DNA of 29,296 nucleotides from a virus: the UHGV virus genome UHGV-0080837. One strand, 5' to 3'. This document shows positions 1 to 8,652 of this stretch, piece by piece (the stretch's first letter is position 1; every line of letters starts with the position of its first letter). Position numbers and translations under genes: made by a program. The notes below the pieces were generated by a model, which saw only the letters and a list, made by a program, of their open reading frames with translations, was not told the origin of the DNA and ran no database searches.

Positions 1-162
1 CGGCGAGAAGGGCGATGACCTCAACCAGCTCCGCGACAAGGCAATCATTGAAAATACGTGCCTCGAATCAAAGGCTTGTATTTTGAAAATTAACTTATAG
101 CTACCCTGTCATTTTTATATTTTTCGCGTAGCGTCATCTGTATATAGAGGTTAAATAGTTTC

Positions 163-1191
163 ATGAGTGAATTAATTATCTCTGGCAGTTCCGGTGGTTT
201 TCTGCGCAACATTGGCAAAGAGTACCAGGAAGCCGCAGAAAACTTTATGCGGTTCATGAATGACCAGGGAGCTTATGCGCCGAATACTCTGCGCGACCTC
301 CGTTTGGTGTTTCATTCCTGGGCGCGCTGGTGTCACGCTCGCCAGCTTGCCTGGTTTCCGATCTCACCAGAAATGGCCCGCGAGTATTTTCTTCAGCTGC
401 ATGATGCCGATCTGGCTTCGACCACCATTGATAAGCACTACGCCATGCTGAACATGCTGCTTTCGCATTGTGGCCTTCCGCCACTTTCGGATGATAAAAG
501 TGTTTCTCTGGCTATGCGGCGCATCCGGCGTGAAGCGGCAACTGAAAAAGGCGAACGAACAGGCCAGGCTATACCGCTGCGGTGGGACGATCTGAAACTG
601 CTCGACGTCCTGTTGTCCAGGTCAGAACGGCTGGTGGACCTGCGCAACCGGGCTTTTCTCTTTGTTGCATACAATACGCTGATGCGTATGTCGGAAATCT
701 CGCGTATTCGTGTAGGAGATCTGGACCAAACAGGTGACACTGTCACGCTACATATTTCACACACGAAGACAATAACGACCGCCGCCGGGCTTGATAAGGT
801 GCTTTCCCGTCGCACTACCGCTGTGCTGAATGACTGGCTGGATGTTTCCGGGCTTCGCGAACATCCTGACGCAGTGCTGTTCCCGCCGATACACCGTAGC
901 AATAAGGCCAGGATCACGATAACGCCCCTTACTGCACCTGCAATGGAGAAAATATTCAGCGACGCCTGGGTGTTGCTGAATAAAAGAGATGCTACGCCAA
1001 ACAAAGGAAGATACCGGACGTGGACCGGGCATAGTGCACGCGTCGGGGCCGCTATTGATATGGCTGAAAAGCAGGTGTCTATGGTGGAGATCATGCAGGA
1101 AGGAACCTGGAAGAAACCGGAAACACTTATGCGGTATCTTCGCCGTGGCGGCGTGTCTGTGGGGGCTAATAGCCGCCTGATGGATTCGTAA
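163..1191 (+). CDS. cre: Cre-family tyrosine site-specific recombinase (diverged homolog of phage P1 Cre)
   Basis: 342-aa ORF alignable by eye to P1 Cre along its length: VSLAMRRIR, AFLFVAYNTL.R..EI.RIRV.D, TKT, GHSARVGAA.DMA, and a C-terminal MRYLRRG segment holding the candidate catalytic Tyr. ATG at 163, TAA at 1189-1191. Confidence 0.88.
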   Translation: MSELIISGSSGGFLRNIGKEYQEAAENFMRFMNDQGAYAPNTLRDLRLVFHSWARWCHARQLAWFPISPEMAREYFLQLHDADLASTTIDKHYAMLNMLLSHCGLPPLSDDKSVSLAMRRIRREAATEKGERTGQAIPLRWDDLKLLDVLLSRSERLVDLRNRAFLFVAYNTLMRMSEISRIRVGDLDQTGDTVTLHISHTKTITTAAGLDKVLSRRTTAVLNDWLDVSGLREHPDAVLFPPIHRSNKARITITPLTAPAMEKIFSDAWVLLNKRDATPNKGRYRTWTGHSARVGAAIDMAEKQVSMVEIMQEGTWKKPETLMRYLRRGGVSVGANSRLMDS

Positions 1192-1264
1192 ATTAAATTT
1201 CTAACACATCTTTTTAGATTAACGCCTTTGCTGTAAAGTACCCTCGCCTATTTAGGAGGGTGCT

Positions 1265-1609
1265 TTGCAGAGTCAAATCACGGAATCAAGACGCTTCAAG
1301 GTGGATGGTTACACCGTAACCTTCGCCGCTGGTGTTAAGAACAGTCATGCTGTCGTTGTGTTCGGCATCATGACCGGGCTTGAGGCCGTCCCTGTGTTTA
1401 CCCTCGAAAAAAACTGGCGAAATCTGGAGGAAGCAGAAAGCTACGTCCGGAAAGTAACCATCATTGCCGCCGAAAAACTCCTGGCCCACTATCAGGAAAA
1501 TTATCGCACTATGGTCGAGAAGATTAATCTCGCTTTCACTCGCCCCACTACCGGCTTTATTGCACCGGATACTAATGCCGGTCGATATCCTGCAAGGGGG
1601 CGTCGGTGA
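1265..1609 (+). CDS. hypothetical protein (cre-adjacent small ORF)
   Basis: 114-aa ORF with TTG start at 1265 preceded by AGGAGG (1253-1258). Its stop overlaps the next start (GTGA at 1606-1609). Confidence 0.5.
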   Translation: MQSQITESRRFKVDGYTVTFAAGVKNSHAVVVFGIMTGLEAVPVFTLEKNWRNLEEAESYVRKVTIIAAEKLLAHYQENYRTMVEKINLAFTRPTTGFIAPDTNAGRYPARGRR

Positions 1610-2082
1610 AAACTTATTACCCATCTCTGAATTGTTACCCGTCTTCCTATCCAGAATTATCCGGGAAGCTGTTAGCTCTATTAGCTAAAGCACCTACGGA
1701 ATGGTTTAAGCCAGTCGTTATCAATCCACACTTCCTGGATTACGGATCTGTTCGCACTCGTAACGAACTCAAAAACCTACTGGCGCATGGATTCATTCGA
1801 CACCGTGCCGGGAAAGGCTATCAGTTAGCGATTGCACCAGAAGAGGCCGTGCGGCTATTCGCATATCGTGACAGCCAGACAAAAGCTCGGGTAATAGCTC
1901 AAATACTTCATAACGGCAGCACCTATGCCCGCCAGTTTGGCGGCGACACGTCGCAGTTCTTGCGGGCGGTGCGATCGCTGGAGGAGCAAGGAGTTATTGA
2001 AAGTTCCTGTCTTCCTGTTCCTACCGTTCCACATATCAAACGTCGGGTTTACACCTTCACGCAGAGAGCTAAAAAACAATGA
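1606..2082 (+). CDS. hypothetical protein
   Basis: 158-aa ORF, GTG start overlapping the upstream stop; its own stop overlaps the dut ATG (ATGA at 2079-2082). No family recognised. Confidence 0.5.
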   Translation: MKTYYPSLNCYPSSYPELSGKLLALLAKAPTEWFKPVVINPHFLDYGSVRTRNELKNLLAHGFIRHRAGKGYQLAIAPEEAVRLFAYRDSQTKARVIAQILHNGSTYARQFGGDTSQFLRAVRSLEEQGVIESSCLPVPTVPHIKRRVYTFTQRAKKQ

Positions 2083-2573
2083 TTTACGTAAAAGTGAAAC
2101 GCCTACATCCGGCAGCAAAACTTCCAGCTTATGCCACCTCCGGATCGGCGGCGATGGATTTTGAGGCTGTTGAAATAAAACCATGCGTCGATAGCAATGG
2201 TGCAATTTCCTCAAGCTGGTGGGTGTATACCGGACTGGCTATGGAGATCCCGCCCGGCTGGTGTCTGAAACTCTATCCGCGATCAGGATTGGGCTGCAAA
2301 AAACATACTCGCCTGGCTAACTGCGTAGGAATTATCGACTCCGATTATCGCGGCGAAATCATGGCAAAACTGATTACTGATCCCGGCGGGGAAGGCGTTT
2401 GTCTCAAGCCTGGAATGGCTGTCATGCAAGGAATTTTTGAGCGTGTTGAACAAGTCTCACTAGTCGAGGTTGAGGAACTCAACGAAACGGAGCGTGGTGC
2501 TGGTGGCTTTGGTAGCACATCGGAAGGCCACTTTGAAATTAAGCGTTCACCGCTTCAGTACGAAAAGTTATAA
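2079..2573 (+). CDS. dut: dUTP diphosphatase (trimeric dUTPase)
   Basis: 164-aa ORF with dUTPase motifs: RSGLG, IIDSDYRGEI, and the C-terminal motif-5-like ERGAGGFGSTS. Confidence 0.85.
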   Translation: MIYVKVKRLHPAAKLPAYATSGSAAMDFEAVEIKPCVDSNGAISSSWWVYTGLAMEIPPGWCLKLYPRSGLGCKKHTRLANCVGIIDSDYRGEIMAKLITDPGGEGVCLKPGMAVMQGIFERVEQVSLVEVEELNETERGAGGFGSTSEGHFEIKRSPLQYEKL

Positions 2574-2587
2574 GCAGAGAAAAGACT

Positions 2588-3265
2588 ATGAATAACAAGG
2601 CAACGAAAGAGCTTTTTAAGCTCCTTCCCAAATACAAAGCTCAAAAAAACGTTAGTGCATCGAAAATCAAAAATGTTGTTATTTTCGGAGTAACTGATAC
2701 CCCACTTTGGGGCAGCATCGAACTCGTTGAACCTAAAGGGGCAACAGTTTGTGTTGACGCAATGTTTTTACAAAAACACCGACCAAAAACTGGCGGGTAT
2801 CTGATCGTTTATGAAAACGGTTATCTGTTCTATGCCCCGGAGAAACCATTTGAGGAACGCTATGGCCTGGTTAACGACGCCTCCAAAAATGGAACCACGG
2901 TCATCATTACGGATGACAACGGCGTGATGATTAATCTTACCGGGAGCGTAACTATTTCTGCTGGTGGCATCACCACCCAGCAAGAAGAAATCGACCTTGA
3001 AGCAGCCGACTTTTCTGACGCGCTGATGTGGCTGAAGGATGGCAAGAAAGTTGCCCGGCGCGGGTGGAACGGCGAAAACCAATTCTGCTGGCTGGTTCCT
3101 GAAGGACAGTACCCGGCACGAATGGAAGCCATTAAGGGATATTTCCCCGGCGATCTCGTTCCGTATGGTGCTTATTTCGCCTTAAAAAATGCACAAGGTG
3201 TAGTTGTTCCGTGGGTGCCTTCTGTAGGCGACTTACTGGCATGTGACTGGTTTGTAGTGGAGTGA
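2588..3265 (+). CDS. two-domain protein: unknown N-terminal domain plus C-terminal DUF2829 (Tad2-like) domain
   Basis: 225-aa ORF. C-terminal ~85 aa (FSDALMWLKDGKKVARRGWNGEN ... WLVPEG ... VVPWVPSVGDLLACDWFVVE) matches the DUF2829 pattern as I recall it; the N-terminal ~140 aa are unassigned. Confidence 0.6.
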   Translation: MNNKATKELFKLLPKYKAQKNVSASKIKNVVIFGVTDTPLWGSIELVEPKGATVCVDAMFLQKHRPKTGGYLIVYENGYLFYAPEKPFEERYGLVNDASKNGTTVIITDDNGVMINLTGSVTISAGGITTQQEEIDLEAADFSDALMWLKDGKKVARRGWNGENQFCWLVPEGQYPARMEAIKGYFPGDLVPYGAYFALKNAQGVVVPWVPSVGDLLACDWFVVE

Positions 3266-3271
3266 TTTAAC

Positions 3272-4039
3272 GTGGAAAATACTAAAGCAATTCAATACCG
3301 CTTGCGTAATGGCCTGCTGGTGGCTGTTAACGCCGACATGTCACTGCCGTTTGACACGATTGAACGTACTATCATGACGTATCTCGGCTTTAATGAAGAG
3401 CTGAATGAAGAGCATGGCGTAGCTATATGGAGTGATGCAGAAAGCGGCGTTCATCGTTACATCACCGCCAGGGGCAAAGACTACTCTCTGGAAGAACTGT
3501 TTACCCTTGCACAGTCTTTCGAATGTGTAGCATTAGACATGTTTAATGATCCTGCTATAGCGCAACGACTTATACGCGAGCTTGGGCTGTCGGTTACACC
3601 AATTATCTTTAAGAATGGCAGCCTGACTGGCACATGGCGCGTAGAACGCATCTCAAACTACCTTCCATATAACCGACAGTTAAATGGAGTAATCTCCGGC
3701 GTTAATCAGCCCGTAGCGTGTGAAAATGTAAACCTGGTTGCCGCTGTTTTGGCAACCGCATGTCGTGTTATCGGTTTGGCTAAACAGGCTTTTATTCATT
3801 TCCCAAATGGTGCAGAAGGTAGCGCAGAGATTATCGCGTGTGATTTCGAATTTACCTGGATGCTACGCGAATATCTGGACCAAACAGTGTTCCGCGCCGA
3901 AGAACTGGATATGTATATCACGTCAACGATTCCTGATGATGTGCGTGCTGAAGCAATCGCTACGGCCAGGGCGAAATGCCGTGCGGCGATTGCAGAACAG
4001 GCCAAAGAAGAAGTTAAGGAAGTGGCAGATGGCGACTAA
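3272..4039 (+). CDS. hypothetical protein
   Basis: 255-aa ORF with GTG start at 3272, acidic C-terminus; same strand and tight spacing with neighbours. Confidence 0.5.
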   Translation: MENTKAIQYRLRNGLLVAVNADMSLPFDTIERTIMTYLGFNEELNEEHGVAIWSDAESGVHRYITARGKDYSLEELFTLAQSFECVALDMFNDPAIAQRLIRELGLSVTPIIFKNGSLTGTWRVERISNYLPYNRQLNGVISGVNQPVACENVNLVAAVLATACRVIGLAKQAFIHFPNGAEGSAEIIACDFEFTWMLREYLDQTVFRAEELDMYITSTIPDDVRAEAIATARAKCRAAIAEQAKEEVKEVADGD

Positions 4040-5123
4040 GAGCAATATTTATAAAGATCCGCGCTGGCTGTCGCTGGTGGAGAAATATAAAGACAATTGG
4101 GTACTGGCAGCAAAAGAATTGTTTGATATTGATTTAAGCCACCAGCAACAACAAATTGTTGAAGCTATACAGCCCAATAATGCAAAAGCTACTGTCACCA
4201 CTCCGTATGGGATCGGACGACCGCAAGTGCTTGCTGTTATTAGTACCCTTTATACGATTATGTATCCTGATTCCCGGACAGTAATTGTTTATCCAAAATC
4301 AAATGTTTGCAAAAGAGGAATTGTTGCATATGTGTGGCAATGTTGGGAGGCATTGCTGAAAAAACAACCTTTTATCATTGAGTATTTTAAGGTCGGTGAT
4401 AGCGGTCTGATGTTCAATGAATTTTGGGGAATGTGCTTTTGTAACTACCGCCTTAACTATGAAGATAGCATTGCAGGTCACTACGCCGACCATCTTTTAT
4501 TCATTATTGTGGATTCCGCACATATCAGCGATCGGGCATACAGCATTGTGTGGGCAAGCATGACTAGTGGTGATTCACGCATATTGCTCACTTCAATTCC
4601 GTCACCAGAGGAAATAGGCTTTTTTTATGATTCACATCATGGACGTGCTTTAGCTGAAGATAATCCGAGTGGTGTATATAAAGCCATTAAGCTGAGTGCG
4701 GAGGATTCACCATTTATTACCCAAGAATATCTTGATCATTTTGCCGAAAGGTATGGCGGGCGAAATAGTGATGACTATCGTCGTATGATTCTTGGTGAGT
4801 TCCCTGGTATTAGGGAGGCTGTTCTTGAATCAGATATGCCGAAGACAATGCGCTTTTCGATGCCTGATGGTAGTGAATGGACAATGCCATTACGAGTGAT
4901 AGCCCGGCATCATGCGCAGCACCACGCCAAAAAACATGGCGTCACGACATTAGAATGGTTGAAATCGCACACTATTCCACTCTTCACTGCAGATCACAAT
5001 GCTATCATTGAGTGGGCAAAAACAATTCCGTGGGAGCATGTCGCTGAATATGCTCACATGCTAAAACCGCCGAAAGACAGGCACGAAATTAGCTGGCTGA
5101 CAGCCGAAAAAATCATTGAATGA
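4029..5123 (+). CDS. hypothetical protein (364 aa from the ATG at 4029)
   Basis: The track ORF 3738..5123 overlaps the previous gene in another frame; the in-frame ATG at 4029 (MATKSNIYKD...) overlaps the upstream stop by 11 nt and is the likely start. Contains a Walker-B-like hydrophobic stretch ending in DS (LLFIIVDSAH), but no P-loop. Confidence 0.5.
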   Translation: MATKSNIYKDPRWLSLVEKYKDNWVLAAKELFDIDLSHQQQQIVEAIQPNNAKATVTTPYGIGRPQVLAVISTLYTIMYPDSRTVIVYPKSNVCKRGIVAYVWQCWEALLKKQPFIIEYFKVGDSGLMFNEFWGMCFCNYRLNYEDSIAGHYADHLLFIIVDSAHISDRAYSIVWASMTSGDSRILLTSIPSPEEIGFFYDSHHGRALAEDNPSGVYKAIKLSAEDSPFITQEYLDHFAERYGGRNSDDYRRMILGEFPGIREAVLESDMPKTMRFSMPDGSEWTMPLRVIARHHAQHHAKKHGVTTLEWLKSHTIPLFTADHNAIIEWAKTIPWEHVAEYAHMLKPPKDRHEISWLTAEKIIE

Positions 5124-5130
5124 TATCAAC

Positions 5131-5164
5131 AAAAAGCCCGCCAGGTCTGGCGGGCTTCTTTATG
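5131..5164. terminator. bidirectional intrinsic terminator between convergent operons
   Basis: Stem GCCCGCCAG (5136-5144), loop GTC, CTGGCGGGC (5148-5156), flanked by AAAAA upstream and TTCTTTAT downstream. Sits between the + stop at 5123 and the - stop at 5169. Confidence 0.65.
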
Positions 5165-5168
5165 CGCC

Positions 5169-5558
5169 TTAAATCACAGGTCTATAATCAAACTCCCCAC
5201 TTCGGGCATCATTAATGACATGAGTGATCACACCAAACACAGCATTACTGCCCGTGCATCCATCGTCATCTACTGGTAACGCCTCTTTCTTCCCGGTGCT
5301 TAAATCCTCCAGGTGCTGGCGCGGATACTTCCTGTATCTCTTTATGCGATATTCACCCTCCATAGCGCATATAAGCAGTGAACCATCAACCGGAGTAAGT
5401 GAGGAATCAACCACCAGCAAAGCACCTTGCAATATTCCCTCACGGTGATGGCTGTCTGCCGCCCGCATGAAGTAGGTCGCGGAAGGATGTCTGATTAGTT
5501 GCTGATCAAGAGAAATGCGGCTCTCTGCATAATCCGCCGCAGGAGAAGGGAAGCCCAT
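5169..5558 (-). CDS. humD: UmuD'-like S24-family protein (P1 HumD-type SOS mutagenesis accessory protein)
   Basis: 129-aa ORF with a LexA/UmuD C-terminal-domain-like core (LLVVDSSLTPVDGSLLI ... EGEYRIKRY). A consensus SOS box lies 19-38 nt upstream of its ATG. Confidence 0.8.
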   Translation of the reverse strand: MGFPSPAADYAESRISLDQQLIRHPSATYFMRAADSHHREGILQGALLVVDSSLTPVDGSLLICAMEGEYRIKRYRKYPRQHLEDLSTGKKEALPVDDDGCTGSNAVFGVITHVINDARSGEFDYRPVI

Positions 5559-5576
5559 AGCGTTTTACCTCAATGA

Positions 5577-5596
5577 TACTGTTTATTCATACAGTA
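5577..5596. promoter_or_regulatory. LexA operator (SOS box) in the humD promoter
   Basis: TACTGTTTATTCATACAGTA at 5577-5596: perfect CTGT-N8-ACAG spacing with an AT-rich centre. Confidence 0.8.
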
Positions 5597-5681
5597 TACA
5601 TTGAAAAGGCATAGTTTGTGAAAGCGGGGTTTGTAGGCGCGCCACGCTGGGGGCTAATCACATTTCTCCCCCATCTTGCCG

Positions 5682-5933
5682 TTATTTTTTTGGTGCATCC
5701 TCGTTCTGATACACCGGATCGCTCCCTTTTGGCAACTGGAGGCTTAACTGCCGGTAGTGCCGTAGCCGTTCCATGAAATAGGCGCGCAGATTCTCTGGTT
5801 GCTCGCGGGCTACCTGTTCAGCTATGACAGGTATGTTCAATCGCTCTTTGTACGCCACACCGCTGGCAGCCAGATCAACGTTAACCTTATCCCGTTCTTC
5901 CTGACTTTTAGCTGCAATATTCCAGTCGCTCAT
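5682..5933 (-). CDS. hypothetical protein
   Basis: 83-aa ORF, tightly spaced after the upstream gene (stop at 5936, start at 5933). Confidence 0.45.
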   Translation of the reverse strand: MSDWNIAAKSQEERDKVNVDLAASGVAYKERLNIPVIAEQVAREQPENLRAYFMERLRHYRQLSLQLPKGSDPVYQNEDAPKK

Positions 5934-5935
5934 AT

Positions 5936-6208
5936 TTAAGGCTCACATTTCCAGATGGTATTCTGAACACCAGAACCGGGCGCTAGATGAGGGTTAGCGT
6001 TCGCGCTATGCTGATATACTGCTTTAGACTTCCCATATTGCTGACAGGCTTTATCTGCGGTTTTTTGCAGGCTATCCAGGCCATACCAACCATCTGACTG
6101 TATGCTTACCTTTTCACCGTCGTTGTATTGCACCATTGCACACCCAGATATAGCCAGTATCGCGCCGACAATAACGCTTTTCCATAAAACTCTATGCAAC
6201 ATATACAA
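5936..6208 (-). CDS. small lipoprotein, YgdI/YgdR-like (DUF903-like)
   Basis: Signal peptide with lipobox (ILAISGC); mature N-terminus [18 protein letters not shown] resembles the YgdI/YgdR pattern. Confidence 0.45.
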   Translation of the reverse strand: MYMLHRVLWKSVIVGAILAISGCAMVQYNDGEKVSIQSDGWYGLDSLQKTADKACQQYGKSKAVYQHSANANPHLAPGSGVQNTIWKCEP

Positions 6209-6247
6209 AAATCCCCTCTGTGAATTGAGGGGATTTTAGCATGGTGA

Positions 6248-7006
6248 TCAGATATCGGCCTTATTCGGAATTTTATCAGCCACCAGCGGCAATAAAGCCT
6301 TCGCCATTTCATGAACCAACATGGCATCAATGACGCCTAGCGTATGGCCCGGCTTAATCTTTAATGCGGCCTCAAGATAGCCTCTTTCCAGAGTGGTTTT
6401 TACGCTTTTCTTGGGCGATTGTTGGGAACTATCCGGAAAATCCGGATGGTTGCCAGCCTCGTAAGCTACCCGCAGCCAGTGCATGAATGTTTCAGTGGAC
6501 ACACAACCACAGTCCACATCGATTTTCCCGCGTTGCTGTTCCAGCCATTGCCCAAAATCCAACCTGTAAGTCTTACTTTCAAGTTCATCACCATTGAACT
6601 CGACTTTCTGCGACGCTATGAGAGCTGATTCGTATTGTTCGCGAGTGACAACTGACAGGTATTCATCGCTATCAAGGTCACCAATTGGAAGCTCAATCTC
6701 ACAACAAAAATTGCGCCCAAAGAACGTGTCTTTTTTGTGGTCTGAGCCAAAAGCAAAAGTCGCGCATGGCGCCATTAAATTGGCACTGAGCAGGCGACAA
6801 TCGATCATACCATCAGGCCACCCGCCGCACTTAGGCAGCTCCTTCACTAACAAGTCGATAAGCTTCATTTTTTTATCATCTTTGCAAGCCGCCAAAGCCA
6901 TTTGGGCAAGTGCCAATACTTCATCTGCCGTATATCCAGCACCGTGACCATACATTTCGATACGGGCGATAATCTCTGATATGCGTTCTTTAGTGATTCT
7001 TGTCAT
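6248..7006 (-). CDS. hypothetical protein
   Basis: Track ORF 6248..7021; the ATG at 7004-7006 (MTRITKER...) gives an ATGA overlap with the upstream stop and is the likely start. Confidence 0.45.
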   Translation of the reverse strand: MTRITKERISEIIARIEMYGHGAGYTADEVLALAQMALAACKDDKKMKLIDLLVKELPKCGGWPDGMIDCRLLSANLMAPCATFAFGSDHKKDTFFGRNFCCEIELPIGDLDSDEYLSVVTREQYESALIASQKVEFNGDELESKTYRLDFGQWLEQQRGKIDVDCGCVSTETFMHWLRVAYEAGNHPDFPDSSQQSPKKSVKTTLERGYLEAALKIKPGHTLGVIDAMLVHEMAKALLPLVADKIPNKADI

Positions 7007-7377
7007 TTCTTTTTGCGCCATTTCTTTTCACATTCCTTAGTCCATTTTTCAATGTTCATTTTGGCAATATCAGTCATTCCATCACCTAAGAAATACTTTT
7101 TCCGGTATGCCTTGCACTTAAACCACACGACAACAGCCACCAGCCAGAAAATAAAAGGCCATACAGCAATACCAACTACAGCCGCGATAAAGCCCAATAG
7201 CCATAAATGAAGCTCTCCAACTTCTGTTTGCGGCAATATTCTTAAAGAATTAAACAGCAGACTGAACGAATGGTCGTATGCATTGGCGGTATAAGACATG
7301 CAATCCATATAATTAAAGTCATAGCCTGCGGCTGCCGCCCATAATGGGCGGTCAAGAAAATGTTTTAGTGTCATCAT
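7003..7377 (-). CDS. small membrane protein
   Basis: 124-aa ORF with one strongly hydrophobic segment (LWLLGFIAAVVGIAVWPFIFWLVAVVVWF) and a Lys-rich C-terminus. Confidence 0.45.
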   Translation of the reverse strand: MMTLKHFLDRPLWAAAAGYDFNYMDCMSYTANAYDHSFSLLFNSLRILPQTEVGELHLWLLGFIAAVVGIAVWPFIFWLVAVVVWFKCKAYRKKYFLGDGMTDIAKMNIEKWTKECEKKWRKKK

Positions 7378-7383
7378 ATAAAC

Positions 7384-7677
7384 TTAAGGTTCAGACCAGT
7401 TATCTTCAATAGCAATGCTTAATCTTTGTAGCCATTCTGCTAATTTCAGCATTGCTTCTCTTTCGCTTAAACCACGAGGAAAATCATCAAGCGAAATTGT
7501 TGGCTTGAAGCCCCCGTAATTATCCATTTCAACGGTCAGATTTTGCTCCAGCACGGTATTCCTTACGCGGCTATTGTGCCGAAGCAAATATACTGAACGT
7601 GATTTATTGGTTTTGTGGTCGAATGTATATTCGGTAAGTATCATCTGGCTTCCGCCATGATTATTACCTCGCCACAT
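7384..7677 (-). CDS. hypothetical protein
   Basis: 97-aa ORF; GGAG 5 nt upstream of the ATG at 7677. Confidence 0.45.
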   Translation of the reverse strand: MWRGNNHGGSQMILTEYTFDHKTNKSRSVYLLRHNSRVRNTVLEQNLTVEMDNYGGFKPTISLDDFPRGLSEREAMLKLAEWLQRLSIAIEDNWSEP

Positions 7678-7689
7678 AATTACTCCGTG

Positions 7690-8106
7690 TTAATAAGAGA
7701 AATATACCGTTGCAACACTGTTATATTGGTCGAACGAAATAGCATTTACTTCATAGCTGGTGGGCAGCTTCTTACCAAGAATGTAGCCAGGCCATGAGTT
7801 CCACGGAATTTCTGTACGGTCGTCGTCTTGCCACATTACGCAACCAAGAGAGCCAACCATTTCACCATATCGCTTGCCACAAGTAACAAAGCCGATATTC
7901 GGCTTTTCTTGTGTTGCTGATACCATGGTGGTATTGGCAGATGCATTGATTGCAGTACGCCGCGCTTGCTCGCTAGCGATAGAAGCATTTACTGCCGCCG
8001 TGGTCGCTGCTGTTGCCGCCGCTCCAGCGGCAACAACTGACGCGTGGGATAAATGACTGGCTGATAACATAGCCAGAAAAATAATAGCTCTTTGAAATTT
8101 AGCCAT
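7690..8106 (-). CDS. secreted protein with N-terminal signal peptide
   Basis: Within track ORF 7690..8184; the internal ATG at 8106 gives MAKFQRAIIFLAMLSASHLSHA (a typical Sec signal) followed by an Ala/Thr-rich linker. Confidence 0.45.
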   Translation of the reverse strand: MAKFQRAIIFLAMLSASHLSHASVVAAGAAATAATTAAVNASIASEQARRTAINASANTTMVSATQEKPNIGFVTCGKRYGEMVGSLGCVMWQDDDRTEIPWNSWPGYILGKKLPTSYEVNAISFDQYNSVATVYFSY

Positions 8107-8132
8107 TGATTTAACCTTTATTGCGAACATAT

Positions 8133-8354
8133 TTAGCTGTGTGTTGCCGATGTGCGGAGATTCTCTTCTATCAATTCCACGCATTCTGACCGACGAACAA
8201 ATAATTCTTCTCCGTTATGAATTACGACATAGCCGTAAGCGGTTTTACGCATCACATCGAACTCATCCCATACGGAAATACCGCACTCTGCTAACGAGCA
8301 ATCCAAATAATCTTCCGGATGCTTGTCGGTGTTATTAATGATGCGAATCCTCAA
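8133..8354 (-). CDS. hypothetical protein
   Basis: 73-aa ORF in operon context. Confidence 0.4.
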   Translation of the reverse strand: MRIRIINNTDKHPEDYLDCSLAECGISVWDEFDVMRKTAYGYVVIHNGEELFVRRSECVELIEENLRTSATHS

Positions 8355-8391
8355 ATCTTTTCACCTTTGACGGCAAGTTGCAGGTTAGCCA

Positions 8392-8652
8392 TTACCTCAC
8401 CTCCAGTCTCCATACCGCCTGACCAATCCGGCTGGCATGGGTATCTTTGGATACTGTTCCGTCTTTAGCCATCTCCATAAGAATTTTGCGCAAATCTGCC
8501 GAGCGCCATTCTTCATCAGGAAATTCCTTCTCCATTGCCAACCGCAGATTCCAGGTTGCTATCGTGAATGGATATTCCCCGCCGAGAGCTTTCTCTTGCA
8601 GGGCCGCACGGGAACGTATCACCTGCAAAACCTTCTCTTTTACATCCATCAT
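8392..8652 (-). CDS. hypothetical protein
   Basis: Track ORF 8392..8724; the ATGATG at 8647-8652 is preceded by AGGAGG and overlaps the upstream stop (ATGA), so the start is taken at 8652 (MMDVKEK...). Confidence 0.45.
   Translation of the reverse strand: MMDVKEKVLQVIRSRAALQEKALGGEYPFTIATWNLRLAMEKEFPDEEWRSADLRKILMEMAKDGTVSKDTHASRIGQAVWRLEVR

Noticed and set aside
2-100. Open frame at the left edge that could be the 3' end of an upstream gene
   Set aside because: Only about 33 codons, no start within the window and no recognisable motif; too little to call.
1-162. Search for a lox-type site (13-bp inverted repeats around an 8-bp spacer) upstream of the cre-like gene
   Set aside because: No convincing inverted repeat in the 162 bp available. 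In P1 the site lies further upstream than this window extends, so absence here is uninformative.
438-1094. 218-aa and 91-aa minus-strand ORFs (438..1094, 757..1032) and other ORFs inside the cre-like gene
   Set aside because: Entirely antisense to, or nested within, a well-supported recombinase gene; typical shadow ORFs with no RBS evidence.
3738-4028. N-terminal extension of track ORF 3738..5123
   Set aside because: It overlaps the 3' third of the preceding gene in another frame. An in-frame ATG at 4029 gives a conventional short overlap, so the extension is treated as non-coding.
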